Assembly (NCBI GenBank): GCA_040217195.1
Contig: JAVJNR010000004.1
Coordinates: forward strand, 1-64,000
Direction: 5' to 3'
Origin: Leptospiraceae bacterium
Lineage (GTDB): Bacteria; Spirochaetota; Leptospiria; Leptospirales; Leptonemataceae
DNA: 64,000 nt
Below, in pieces: positions 30,722 through 40,371 of the stretch. The first letter of the stretch is position 1; each line of letters opens with the position of its first letter. The notes under the pieces were generated by a model. The model saw only the letters and a program-made list of their open reading frames with translations. It was not told where the DNA came from and made no database searches. The position numbers and the translations under genes were made by a program.

Positions 30722-31069
30722 TTATTTATTCAGCTCCAGCTCCAGTGTTTTGTAGAATTCCGGATCCGATTTTTTTAGCTCATCCAGCACCCGGTCGCAT
30801 TGCACATTGTTATGTTTGCAGGCCATTTGAAACAGTCTGTCATCGGACAGGCCTTTTAGTTTGGGCTGTATCTGGGATTGAAATCGAAGATGTAAAAACT
30901 CATCTTTTACTCTTTGCACATCCGTGGCATTGGGCTCTGCATTGCAGCCAGCCAGGGTAAACAGTAGCAGCAACAGTCCAGTTAGTAGAAAGATTTTGCT
31001 GGCAGACCTTCGTCTTGCTGTATTGGATTGATTCAAACTCAACCTGTCCATATTAGACACCATAGACAC
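30722..31069 (-). CDS. hypothetical lipoprotein
   Basis: LAGC lipobox, in operon between radA and ctpA. Confidence 0.7.
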   Translation of the reverse strand: MSMVSNMDRLSLNQSNTARRRSASKIFLLTGLLLLLFTLAGCNAEPNATDVQRVKDEFLHLRFQSQIQPKLKGLSDDRLFQMACKHNNVQCDRVLDELKKSDPEFYKTLELELNK

Positions 31070-31072
31070 AAG

Positions 31073-32473
31073 TTATAGAAGTGCTTTTGCCTGGCCATCG
31101 GTTTCCCGAGCTTTTCCGCCTTCTGCAAAAAGTGCTCCAGGAATCTCCGAAACACTTTTAAGACGCTGCCAGGAGATGGAAGGATGACTCTGCTGAATCT
31201 CTTCCACCGCTGATCCTGAGGACACTACCAGTTTCTGAAATCCCAGAGCGGACATTTCTTTAAGCCTCAAATTTTCCCGGGAGGCCGGGCGTAGCTCTCC
31301 GCTCAGGCCCACCTCTCCCAGAACGCCGGTATGACTACTGACCGGTTGCTCATTAAAAGATGATAGAATAGCTACACAGAGAGCCAGGTCCAGGCCCGGT
31401 TCATCAGCTCTGAATCCGCCGGCAATGTTGGCAAAAATATCATAGTCCGAAAGCCGGAGCTTAAGGTGCTTTTCCAGAACGGCGCTCAGTAATAGAAGCC
31501 GACCTGTATCCAGGCCTTCTGCTACACGTCTGGCCGGTCCGTAGGCGCTACGAGTCACCAGGGCCTGCACTTCTACAACAATTGGACGGCTGCCTTCCAG
31601 AATCACCGCATGTACACAGCCGGCCGGAGACTCCTCACTTCTGGTGCTGCTCAATCTCTGAGCAGGAATCATCCCATCGCTTCGCATCTCCAGAATAGCC
31701 GCCTCGCCCACAGGCCCAAACCGATTCTTGGTCGATTTTAGAATGCGATAATGATTGTTACGATCACTTTCAAAGTATAGAACCGTATCCATCATATGTT
31801 CTAGCAGCCTGGGACCACCAATGGATCCTTCCTTCGTGATGTGGCCGGTAAGAAGAACAGGAACCTTGCTGCGTTTGGACGCTTCCAGTAAAGAAAAGGC
31901 TGCATCCCTCAGTTGACCGGGGCTCCCTGGAAGATTACCTTCGCGGGATGAAATAGTCTGAACGGAATCTATCACAAGCAGGTCTGGCTTTTCTCTGGAC
32001 ATTCGATTGCAGATCTTATCCAGTTCAATTTCACGAGATATTTTTATGCGACTTCCATCAATTTTCATTCGATCGCTTCGCATACGAATCTGACCCGGGC
32101 TTTCTTCTCCGGAAAAGTAATAGATTCGTCCGGTGAATCTGCGAGATATCTCGAGTATTAGAGTGGACTTCCCCACTCCCGGTTCGCCGGCCAGAAGTAT
32201 CAGCTGACCCGGTACCAGTCCTCCGCCCAGCACCAGGTCTAGATCATCCAGTCCTGTGGTTTTTCGTGCGGTTTCCTCGGGATTAATATCTGCAAGAAAT
32301 GGCAATTCATCCATGGGTCCCGCTGGAACCGATTTACCTGCTCCCACGACTGGAGCGGAGTGATCCTCATCGATGCTATTCCATTCATTGCACTGAGTAC
32401 ACTTCCCCTGCCAGCGATTGTAGGTGGCGCCGCAAGAGTTGCATATGAAGGTCCTGGAGGATTTCTTTGCCAT
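31073..32473 (-). CDS. radA: DNA repair protein RadA/Sms
   Basis: CNSCG..CTQC zinc finger, GEPGVGKST, KNRFG. Confidence 0.96.
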   Translation of the reverse strand: MAKKSSRTFICNSCGATYNRWQGKCTQCNEWNSIDEDHSAPVVGAGKSVPAGPMDELPFLADINPEETARKTTGLDDLDLVLGGGLVPGQLILLAGEPGVGKSTLILEISRRFTGRIYYFSGEESPGQIRMRSDRMKIDGSRIKISREIELDKICNRMSREKPDLLVIDSVQTISSREGNLPGSPGQLRDAAFSLLEASKRSKVPVLLTGHITKEGSIGGPRLLEHMMDTVLYFESDRNNHYRILKSTKNRFGPVGEAAILEMRSDGMIPAQRLSSTRSEESPAGCVHAVILEGSRPIVVEVQALVTRSAYGPARRVAEGLDTGRLLLLSAVLEKHLKLRLSDYDIFANIAGGFRADEPGLDLALCVAILSSFNEQPVSSHTGVLGEVGLSGELRPASRENLRLKEMSALGFQKLVVSSGSAVEEIQQSHPSISWQRLKSVSEIPGALFAEGGKARETDGQAKALL

Positions 32474-32690
32474 TTTATCTAGAGCTCAACTTTAGAAATA
32501 ATCGGTAATGATTCGTAGCGATGCATATCCTTCATGAATCATGGAGCCTGGAGCAGACCAGGAAGTATGTATTGGAAAAAGAGCAATCCGCGGATCCCTA
32601 TCTCCCGGGCAATGAAAGCATCGGGCCCATCTTTTAAAAATAACAGATCGGCTAGCCCGTATCCACAATGACGATTCATGCAAGCTTATC

Positions 32691-32910
32691 AGATGCTCGC
32701 TTCCATCATAGCGCTGACTGCGAACTTTCCAGATCCCGGCTTCCGTCCTGGCGATGCCTGCGAGCTCTTCAGATCCCCGCTTCCGTCCTGACGCTGCCTG
32801 CGAGCTCTTCAGATCCCCGCTTCCGTCATGGCGCTGCCTGCGAGCTCTTCAGATCCCCGCTTCCGTCATGGCGCTGCCTGCGAGCTCTTCAGATCCCCGC
32901 TTCCGTCATG
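32691..32910. repeat. 40-bp tandem repeat, about 5.5 copies
   Basis: Unit AGATCCCCGCTTCCGTCATGGCGCTGCCTGCGAGCTCTTC at 32691, 32731, 32771, 32811, 32851 and partial 32891. Confidence 0.95.
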
Positions 32911-32973
32911 CTCTTCGGATATGACATTTCAGGTCGATCAATTCGACCAGGCCATCGGGCCGAAGACTTAGCT

Positions 32974-34347
32974 TCAAGCTTCCGTGCTTCCAGCATCCAG
33001 TAAATTATCAAAACGAAACAATTCAGGTCTGTAGGCCAGAAAAAATCCGCCGGTTCGACCGGCCCGGTATTTGGAAATAATGATCTCTGCCTGTCCGGAA
33101 TGCTCGGACTGATCTTCTCCATCGGCCGGAGCATCCCTGTGAATGAACATTACCATATCGGCATCCTGCTCCAGGGCGCCGGACTCTCTAAGGTCCGAAA
33201 GCTGGGGACGGGCGGATTCCCCTCTTCGTTGTTCCACTGAGCGGTTCATCTGCGAAAGAGCGAGAATTGGTACATCTTCTGACATGGCCAATTGCTTCAA
33301 TGCCCTGGATATACTGGCAACCTCCATCTGACGCCCAAACTTGCGGTTTTCTGGATCGCTCATTAACTGAAGATAGTCCACAACAACAAGACCCAGCTTC
33401 TGTCCTTTCTGACGAAGCTCCATGGCAAGCTTTCGCGTTCTGCTAATACAATCCCAGATGGAAAGTGCTCCAGTATCATCCATGAATATGGGACTTTTAA
33501 ATATTGCATCCATGGAAGCCTGGATAGAGGCTTTCTTACCCTGAGGGATATGCCCTCTCTTAAGGTCTGCATGGTTGGTCTGGGAATGGGCACAGAGCAC
33601 GCGAAGCAAGACTTCCAGCCGGCTCATCTCCAGAGTAAAGAATAGGATGGGTGCCGGTTGCTCTGAAATGGCCAGATTCATGGCAATATTCATGGCAAAG
33701 GTAGATTTTCCCATACCAGGACGTGCTGCGAGAATCAAGAGTTCGCCGCCTCGCAGACCGGAGGTTCGATTATCGAACTCTTCGTACCGAGTTGGCAGTC
33801 CGGACATACCACCCCGGGCTGCGATTAGATGCTCAAAGTAATCGAAGAAGTCCGATTGCATTTCTGCAGCCGATAGAACGCCACGAGAACTTGTCTTGGA
33901 TGTAATCTTGAGGATTGATTCTTCAACCTGCTTGAGAAAGCTTCCTTCATTCTCCTGAGGTTCCCTGGCATCCACCTCTATCTGATGGGCTGCATTAATC
34001 AGATCCCTGCGAAGTGCAATATTTCGGATTCTCTCCGCCTGCAGAGGAGCATTGTTCGGCGCCAGCACATCCTCCACCAATCGCATGATGTAAGCATTCC
34101 CTCCAGCAGGGTTTAGCTGGCTACGATCCTGAAGGTACTGAACTACCGTGATTGGATCAATGTCATTTGAAGAGTCGTTGCTTAGCGTGAGGATAGCATC
34201 GTAAATGAAGCGATGGCCATCGGAAAAGAAATCATTTCGACTGATAATAGAACTCACCTGAATGGTAAGATCTGGCCTTAAAATAAGAGAGCCGAGCACC
34301 TGGCGCTCGGCTTCTATATCGGCAGGGACCTGGCGCGGATCAGCCAC
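32974..34347 (-). CDS. dnaB: replicative DNA helicase
   Basis: AARPGMGKS, VDYLQL, LSQMNR, SDLRESGALEQDAD. Confidence 0.97.
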   Translation of the reverse strand: MADPRQVPADIEAERQVLGSLILRPDLTIQVSSIISRNDFFSDGHRFIYDAILTLSNDSSNDIDPITVVQYLQDRSQLNPAGGNAYIMRLVEDVLAPNNAPLQAERIRNIALRRDLINAAHQIEVDAREPQENEGSFLKQVEESILKITSKTSSRGVLSAAEMQSDFFDYFEHLIAARGGMSGLPTRYEEFDNRTSGLRGGELLILAARPGMGKSTFAMNIAMNLAISEQPAPILFFTLEMSRLEVLLRVLCAHSQTNHADLKRGHIPQGKKASIQASMDAIFKSPIFMDDTGALSIWDCISRTRKLAMELRQKGQKLGLVVVDYLQLMSDPENRKFGRQMEVASISRALKQLAMSEDVPILALSQMNRSVEQRRGESARPQLSDLRESGALEQDADMVMFIHRDAPADGEDQSEHSGQAEIIISKYRAGRTGGFFLAYRPELFRFDNLLDAGSTEA

Positions 34348-34358
34348 GCTGGTATTCC

Positions 34359-34934
34359 TCAGTCTTCCTTATTTTCTTCGGTAGCTTCTGCAGGCTCTGC
34401 AGTTTCACCGCTTTCGGCTGCTTCTGCAGCGGCAGCCTCTGCGGCACGCTCGGAAGGAGATTTGTATTCTTCTTCCTCCTCTACCTCATTGAGAGCCACT
34501 ACATTGACTGTAAGAGGGACTGTAATTCCTTCTGCAAGTTTCACTTTTGCTTTGTAGGACCCAAGTGCACGCATGCTTTCTGGAAGGTCGATCTTTCGCT
34601 TATCGATGCTGTATCCTTTTTCTTCCAGAGCTTTGGCCACAAGCAGAGGAGTGACGGAACCAAATAGCTTTTGCTTGGCTCCTACCATAACTCCTACGTC
34701 CACCTCTTTGATGGAACCCATTTTGCCGGCCAATTCTTCCATGGCCTTTTTGCGACGTTCCGTTTTCAAGGACAGAAGTCTTTGCTGATGCTGAATGGCG
34801 CGTGCGCTGCCTGCATGAGCGGGCAATACTAGTTTTCTAGGAAGCAGATAGTTACGTGCGTATCCGTCCTTTACTTCTTTTACTTCGCCTGCATCTCCCA
34901 GGCCGTTAATATCTTTCTGTAGAATTACCTTCAT
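34359..34934 (-). CDS. rplI: 50S ribosomal protein L9
   Basis: MKVIL, VKDGYARNYLLP, KLFGSVT; acidic tail. Confidence 0.97.
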   Translation of the reverse strand: MKVILQKDINGLGDAGEVKEVKDGYARNYLLPRKLVLPAHAGSARAIQHQQRLLSLKTERRKKAMEELAGKMGSIKEVDVGVMVGAKQKLFGSVTPLLVAKALEEKGYSIDKRKIDLPESMRALGSYKAKVKLAEGITVPLTVNVVALNEVEEEEEYKSPSERAAEAAAAEAAESGETAEPAEATEENKED

Positions 34935-35071
34935 GGTCCTTTCCTTTCATCTCTGCCCGGCACTTCCAGCGGCTCTTCGCGGGTTCCAGGTCTTCTATTC
35001 TAAAAAACAACTTTGTATAATCTATGCACTAAAAGAAATACTGATTCGATTCTCAGATTTACGATCCGCCA

Positions 35072-35560
35072 TTAGAACGGAATATCGTCATCTTCAGGCA
35101 ACGGTCCCTGATCCACATAGGGAGGCTCCTGATACCCGGAATCGTTACTCTGGCCGGAAGAGCCGTAGCCTCCGCCTGAGCTAAAACCACCACCGGAACC
35201 GGAATTGCTAAATCCGCCTCCGCCACCGCCCTGAGCACTTCCCAGAAGCTGCATGTTTTCCACCGTAACTTCTACAATGGACCGTTTTCCTTCCGGGCTA
35301 TCCCAGCTTCGCTGAGTCAAACGGCCTTCCACCGCTATTTGTTTGCCCTTCTGGCAATATTGCTGAATGATCTCCGAAAGCCGGCCAAAGGAAACACAGT
35401 TTATAAAGCTGGTCTCTTCCCGCTTATTCCCATCTACAACATAGGTGCGGTTATTGGCAATGCTGAACTTACAGAAACTCTTGCCATTCTGCGTTTGCTT
35501 GATTTCTGGATCCCGCACCAGCCGACCGATGAGGACCACCCGATTTAAGTCGGATGCCAT
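35072..35560 (-). CDS. ssb: single-stranded DNA-binding protein
   Basis: LNRVVLIGRLVRDPE; C-terminal DDDIPF. Confidence 0.97.
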   Translation of the reverse strand: MASDLNRVVLIGRLVRDPEIKQTQNGKSFCKFSIANNRTYVVDGNKREETSFINCVSFGRLSEIIQQYCQKGKQIAVEGRLTQRSWDSPEGKRSIVEVTVENMQLLGSAQGGGGGGFSNSGSGGGFSSGGGYGSSGQSNDSGYQEPPYVDQGPLPEDDDIPF

Positions 35561-35562
35561 GA

Positions 35563-35838
35563 TCAGGCCACAGATTTAATCATAAACTGAAGAAGTCCAC
35601 CCTGGATTTTCAGTTCCCGGGAGATTTCTTTCACGGACTCAGGAGGCATTTTACACTGGAATATATGGTAGCTTCCTGCACTCAAGTCCTGACGAGCGTA
35701 GCTCAGGTTCTTCCGTCCCCAGGTTTCCTGGTTAGAAATCTGCCCTTTGTATCGAGTAACGATTTCCTGCACGCTTTTGACGGTCTCGTCCACGGACTCA
35801 GACTCTTTCAATATGGTAATTAGTTCGTAATTCTTCAT
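35563..35838 (-). CDS. rpsF: 30S ribosomal protein S6
   Basis: MKNYELITIL, WGRKNLSY; upstream of ssb. Confidence 0.9.
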   Translation of the reverse strand: MKNYELITILKESESVDETVKSVQEIVTRYKGQISNQETWGRKNLSYARQDLSAGSYHIFQCKMPPESVKEISRELKIQGGLLQFMIKSVA

Positions 35839-35996
35839 TTTGGCCCTTTTCCGGTAAAGGATACCATACGGAACAAGGCCATCGCTGTGTCAAGTAGAAG
35901 GTGCAGGATCGGTACTGGAGCAGAGTTCCTGGAGCCGCGCCGCCGCCTGATGGGAATCTCATTGACGGAGGATCGTGGCGGACCGGCTACTGGGAA

Positions 35997-37103
35997 ATGC
36001 GATTTGTGGCTTTGCTTGCCTGGATCCTTTTTGGGTTCACCTTTCTTCTGGCCGCTCGCTGGCCAGCTCTTGCCCGAAGTCTGGGCGGACTGTCCAGGTT
36101 ACATAGAATTCATCACATCCTGGGATTGAGCACCGGAGCCCTGGCCGTGTTGCATACCTTGCATCAGATCTGGAAGGATCCCGAAGTAGCCTTTTACTTT
36201 GAGGATCCGTTCTTGCTTCTGGGCTGGATCTCGCTTCTACTTCTGGTGGCCGGACTGGGCCTCTCATTTCTTGGCCGATTGCATCATCGATGGTGGCTCT
36301 TGCTGCACTGGAGTCTGGCCGGTGCCTATCTGGGAGCTTTGTTCCATAGTTACGGATTTCTGCAACATGGAAGATGGCATGAAGTTGCATTCCTTGCGGG
36401 CCTGGGCCTGGGAGGCCTGGGTCTAACGCTCATTTTTCTATACCGCTGGAAAGGACAGAACTGGGTGGTACAGGAAGTGAAGAATACAGGTTCAGGACTG
36501 TTCGAGCTGATCCTGAAACCTGAAATTGCCAATGCCAATGCTCCCCGGGCCGGCTCTTTAATCTATCTGCAATTTGGATCTGGATTCACGTCCAACTGGC
36601 ATCCATTTTCCGTAGCCTCTTGCAGAATGAGTCCTGAACTTCATGTTTTGATCAAGAATGCTGGCCTGGATACTTCGCATTTGCTGGATATGAAACCAGG
36701 ACATGTCTTGCGATTGCAGGGTCCTTTCGCCGAGTTTCAGGTATCGCAGGATCCTCAGCTATGGGTAGCTGCAGGCACCGGGCTGGCTCCCTTCCTGGGA
36801 ATGGCTCGATGTTTTGATTTTACTGGTGCCGGCACAGTAGAACTCTACTTTTTTGAAGCGAAACCAGAGCCCATCGTAGAAGCAGAACTGGACCGAATTT
36901 CACAGAGTCATCCAGAGTTTCGCTGGAAGGCCCATTACGGTAAGTCCGCAGACTTTTCAGAAATGGTAAAATCTGCCAGAAGCCAGCAAGGACAGATACT
37001 GATTTGTGGTTCCCCTGGATTCATGAAAAAGGCTCGAATGTCATTGCACGCTGCTCAAATTTCTGGAGAAAGAATCCATACAGAGGAATCCGTACCATGG
37101 TAG
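35997..37103 (+). CDS. ferric-reductase-like transmembrane / FAD-NAD(P) oxidoreductase
   Basis: His-containing TM helices, WHPFSVAS, GPFAEF, AAGTGLAPF, LICGSPGF. Confidence 0.88.
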   Translation: MRFVALLAWILFGFTFLLAARWPALARSLGGLSRLHRIHHILGLSTGALAVLHTLHQIWKDPEVAFYFEDPFLLLGWISLLLLVAGLGLSFLGRLHHRWWLLLHWSLAGAYLGALFHSYGFLQHGRWHEVAFLAGLGLGGLGLTLIFLYRWKGQNWVVQEVKNTGSGLFELILKPEIANANAPRAGSLIYLQFGSGFTSNWHPFSVASCRMSPELHVLIKNAGLDTSHLLDMKPGHVLRLQGPFAEFQVSQDPQLWVAAGTGLAPFLGMARCFDFTGAGTVELYFFEAKPEPIVEAELDRISQSHPEFRWKAHYGKSADFSEMVKSARSQQGQILICGSPGFMKKARMSLHAAQISGERIHTEESVPW

Positions 37104-37489
37104 TTAGAAAACAAGCGATTAAGAATGCAAGACCAGATAGGCCAAATATGAAATCCAACAGTTTCTTCGTTGATGAACGCTTCCCGCTCATCGCTATTTT
37201 GATTCTTCTTTTTTTGGGCAGCCCTGTCTGGTCCAATACCCGAACGATAAGCGCAGGCGAACTGGCTCAGCATTCCACTTCCAATAGCTGCTGGATTGCC
37301 ATTTCTGGCAGCGTCTATGACATCACCAATTATCTAAGCGAGCATTCCAACGATCATAATTTCAGCTTATTACCCTGGTGTGGAAAAGATGCGACGAAGG
37401 GCTGGAAGGACAAGGATGGAAAAGGAAAGCCGCACAGCCGAAAGGCAACTATTCAGCTAAAACGCTACAAGATCGGGGAGCTTGAATAG
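37097..37489 (+). CDS. cytochrome b5-like heme-binding protein
   Basis: ELAQH...CWIAISGSVYDIT.YL..H, CGKDAT, HSRKA, YKIGEL. Confidence 0.88.
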   Translation: MVVRKQAIKNARPDRPNMKSNSFFVDERFPLIAILILLFLGSPVWSNTRTISAGELAQHSTSNSCWIAISGSVYDITNYLSEHSNDHNFSLLPWCGKDATKGWKDKDGKGKPHSRKATIQLKRYKIGELE

Positions 37490-37585
37490 GAAAGACACCT
37501 GGCTACGAATATTCAGGGATGATGCCCGGTGATAGGCATTTCCTGGTCTCGGCAACGGAATGGAATCTGATACAATACAAGGCAG

Positions 37586-37836
37586 GTTCGCCTTAATCCC
37601 GATTCGCCGCGCAAATGTGAACCGCTGTGAAGTGCGGGGCCCAGCCGCGAGTTCGCATAATAACGCCTCACCGTGCAAATACGAACCGCCGGGAAGTGCG
37701 GGGTCCCAGCCACGAGTTCGCATAATAACGCCTCACCGCGCAAATACGAACCGCCGGGAAGTGCGGGGGCCAGCCACGAGTTCGCATAATAACGCCTCAC
37801 CGCGCAAATGCGAACCGCCGTGAAGAGCGGGGCCCC
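37586..37836. repeat. tandem array of four 64-65 bp units, each containing the GTTCG...GAAC site
   Basis: Units start at 37586, 37651, 37716 and 37780; core GTTCGCATAATAACGCCTCACCGCGCAAATRCGAAC. Confidence 0.92.
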
Positions 37837-37966
37837 GGACCTGCCCGGTTACCTGGAACCCCATCAACGGCTTCAGCAGGGATGTCTGCCCGAGAGCAGA
37901 GAAATTCTGGATTCTGTTCCAGGCAAAAGAATCCTTTCGTCGGACCAGAATTGGCGGCCTGCGATT

Positions 37967-38668
37967 CTATTTCTCTGGCAAGGTACTCAAATCCACCTGG
38001 CTTTCGTAGCCGTCTTTGAGACGATTTTGATAGTGGCGATCTCCGGAAACTCTTACGCCAAAGGCCGAAGAATCCCAATAACAGTGCCCTTCCAGAATTG
38101 GCGGTGTGTCCATATAGAGCTTCCTGTAGAGTTGCCAAACACAGCTACCATTCGGGAAAAAGTCGCCGGGATCAGCCCCGGTGGCAATAAATTGCAGGAA
38201 ATTTTTGGTGGTATGTTCTGTGAAAATGAAATCGTCCTTCTCTCGCACCTGATGTCGAACTACAAAAAGCTTTAGCTTTCCCTGAAAGAACAGAAATGTG
38301 ATGTCCATTCGCTCCTGAGTCTGATAGCCGGAATAACCTTCGCCCCTCACTTCCCTGGAATGAGCGCCCAGATACCGAATCACTTCATCCACAGGATACA
38401 GAGTTCCATTCATTAAGTATGGGATAGGTTCAGCAAAATTGAGCCGACCGTTGGTCCTGGGATACCGATTCAGAACTTCCTCCGGCGCCATATCCTTTCG
38501 AACAATAGTCTTCAATTCCGCCAGGTCGAGATTCACTGGGGGGCCCAGCCTTTCCTGATCACCTGGCCTGGGCTGCCGGGCATGAGCCATTTGAGTACAA
38601 AGCCCAAATAGGAAAACGGGGCAGACTAGCAAGAGGCAAATAATGAATCTATGGAGAGCGAAACGCAT
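37967..38668 (-). CDS. exported putative immunity protein, family member 4
   Basis: GGAGGA RBS, signal peptide; GPPVNLDLAEL..VRKDMAPE...YPRTNGRL.F.EPIPYL shared with 6088-6813. Confidence 0.78.
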   Translation of the reverse strand: MRFALHRFIICLLLVCPVFLFGLCTQMAHARQPRPGDQERLGPPVNLDLAELKTIVRKDMAPEEVLNRYPRTNGRLNFAEPIPYLMNGTLYPVDEVIRYLGAHSREVRGEGYSGYQTQERMDITFLFFQGKLKLFVVRHQVREKDDFIFTEHTTKNFLQFIATGADPGDFFPNGSCVWQLYRKLYMDTPPILEGHCYWDSSAFGVRVSGDRHYQNRLKDGYESQVDLSTLPEK

Positions 38669-38807
38669 TTTATATCCTCCTACATCCATGGCAGATCAAT
38701 CGGAAAGTAATACCAGGTTAGCCACGCTCCGCAATGCTACTGGAGCCCATAGCCTAATCAATGGTCTCGACTTTCGGGCGAACTGGCCGCAAGGTCGCAA
38801 TCCGCAG

Positions 38808-38844
38808 GTTCGTCTTAAACCCCGTTCACTGCGTAAATGCGAAC
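38808..38844. repeat. 37-bp inverted-repeat site
   Basis: GTTCGTCTTAAACCCCGTTCACTGCGTAAATGCGAAC, preceded by a half site GGGCGAAC ending at 38783. Confidence 0.75.
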
Positions 38845-38924
38845 CGGCCGCTGGGCTCACCGTTTAAGCGTTCCGGCTACGAAGCAATTACCGAAATCGT
38901 ATGAAGATCAGCAGTGCCGTCTAA

Positions 38925-39310
38925 TCAGCGGACGTACGGTTCTCGAACCTGCAGGTCATCGATTGCTTCATAATGGTTCTGATTGAACGTATAGATAATA
39001 CCCCCACTAGCCACAGCGATTTGCCCGATCAGGGCATCCAGAATTCCCGTACCGTGACTGAGATACAATCGGGCAAAGCTATCAAACGCCTTTCTGCATG
39101 CATCCTGATCCGGCCAGAGCAGCTGAGCACCAGAAAAGAAAGCCTCTATTTGCCTCTGCTCCTCAAGCTTCCGGGCTCCTTGAATCAGCTCCATGGCAAC
39201 GAATCCCGGAATACCGAGCGGGATCGATGCAAGGTTTCTCAACCACTGCAGGGCTGGCGGATGCCCTCGGAGGGGGCATCAATAAGCACGTCCGTATCGA
39301 CGATTATCAT
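38925..39310 (-). pseudogene. PIN-domain (VapC) toxin, frameshifted in a C run
   Basis: MIIVDTDVLIDA, then two extra C (GATGCCCCCTCCGA) before LRGHPPALQWL...MELIQG...ILDALIG..TFNQNHY. Confidence 0.85.
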
Positions 39311-39546
39311 TCGCGATTCTGAGCTTGATGACGCAGAGCCCTGGCAAATCCCATGGTGTCATTAATATCTTTGCGATCTTTCCAGAGACCGACGATGTTC
39401 GAAGAAAGCCGGGCATCCGCCGGAAGCCCGGAGCCACGCGCAATTTGAATAAAGATCTGGAGTCGATCACCTCGGCGTACTGGCAATCCGGAAAGATGAA
39501 GCTCACCGTCCTCTTGAACTGCCTGCTCCAATCGTATCACTTCCAT
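39307..39546 (-). CDS. putative antitoxin
   Basis: VQEDGELHL..LP...GD, VGLWKDRKDI; ATGA overlap with the PIN start. Confidence 0.8.
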   Translation of the reverse strand: MEVIRLEQAVQEDGELHLSGLPVRRGDRLQIFIQIARGSGLPADARLSSNIVGLWKDRKDINDTMGFARALRHQAQNRE

Positions 39547-39590
39547 GTGATAAAGCTGAGTGCTTTGCGCGGCTCAGTCGACCATTTTTC

Positions 39591-39875
39591 CACGGCGGTC
39601 ATGTAGGCAAGTATGAGCGAGGCCAGGTTCTGCCCAACGGAGATACACTCATCCAGATTGCCCGGACTCTCGAAGTCTCTCTGGATTACCTGCTTCTGGA
39701 CAGCCAGTCCTCCGAAAACCCGGCTGCCAAAATCCAGGACCGGGAACTCTTACAGGGATTTGAAATCGTAGACAAGATGCCGGACAAAGACCGGGAAACC
39801 ATCAAGTCGCTCATTGATGCCTATATCAAGAAAAGGCAGATTGAAGGGATCATGACCGAGAAGTCGGCCTTGTAG
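39591..39875 (+). pseudogene. XRE-family repressor, 5' truncated
   Basis: HVGKYERGQVLPNGDTLIQIARTLEVSLDYLL...DRELL...IKSLIDAYI; no start codon. Confidence 0.85.
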
Positions 39876-40011
39876 AGGGCCTGAAGGCATTCTCTATGGG
39901 AAAGCCTTCGAAGGATTGTGCGCAAGAATGGGAACGTTATCGCTTGATCAGATGAGTTTTTCGGGCCTACGTGGTCCCGCGCGCGGTGGGTGGAGCGCGC
40001 GGGTTAACAGA

Positions 40012-40185
40012 TTACTTCGGCTGCTTACTATCCTGATACATCTTCTGATACTTTTCGGGGATATTGGCTCCAATATACTTCTGAAATTCTTCGAAGTTCA
40101 TGCCTTCTGTTTATTTGCTGATCTGATCGCGAATTTCTCGCATGCTGGCAACCGCATCAAAGTCTTTTTCCTTCCTGGCGTGCAT
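40012..40185 (-). pseudogene. small antitoxin-like protein, nonsense at codon 25
   Basis: TAA at 40111-40113; paralog of 4146-4308. Confidence 0.65.
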
Positions 40186-40195
40186 GAGGAGAGGC

Positions 40196-40360
40196 TTATC
40201 GACCATTCCTAGAACTTGAAGTGCGGCCCTGGGGAACTATCTTGATTTCGGGGCGAGGAGTACGCGGTGGAGCTTTCCGACCGCCCCTGCGGACCTTCAC
40301 TTCTGCCAGAGGAGATGGGCCGGTACCGGTTGATTTAGATTTCTGATTCTTTTCGGACAT
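40196..40360 (-). CDS. 54-aa basic, Pro/Gly-rich micropeptide (not in the ORF track)
   Basis: GAGGAG RBS; MSEKNQKSKSTGTGPSPLAEVKVRRGGRKAPPRTPRPEIKIVPQGRTSSSRNGR. Confidence 0.7.
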   Translation of the reverse strand: MSEKNQKSKSTGTGPSPLAEVKVRRGGRKAPPRTPRPEIKIVPQGRTSSSRNGR

Positions 40361-40371
40361 TTTTAGACTCC

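Noticed and set aside
32691..32910. CRISPR array
   Set aside because: Units are contiguous repeats with no unique spacers, and there are no cas genes.
37586..37836. CRISPR array or integron attC sites
   Set aside because: The linkers are near-identical rather than unique, the RYYYAAC/GTTRRRY boxes do not fit, and there is no cas or intI gene in the window.
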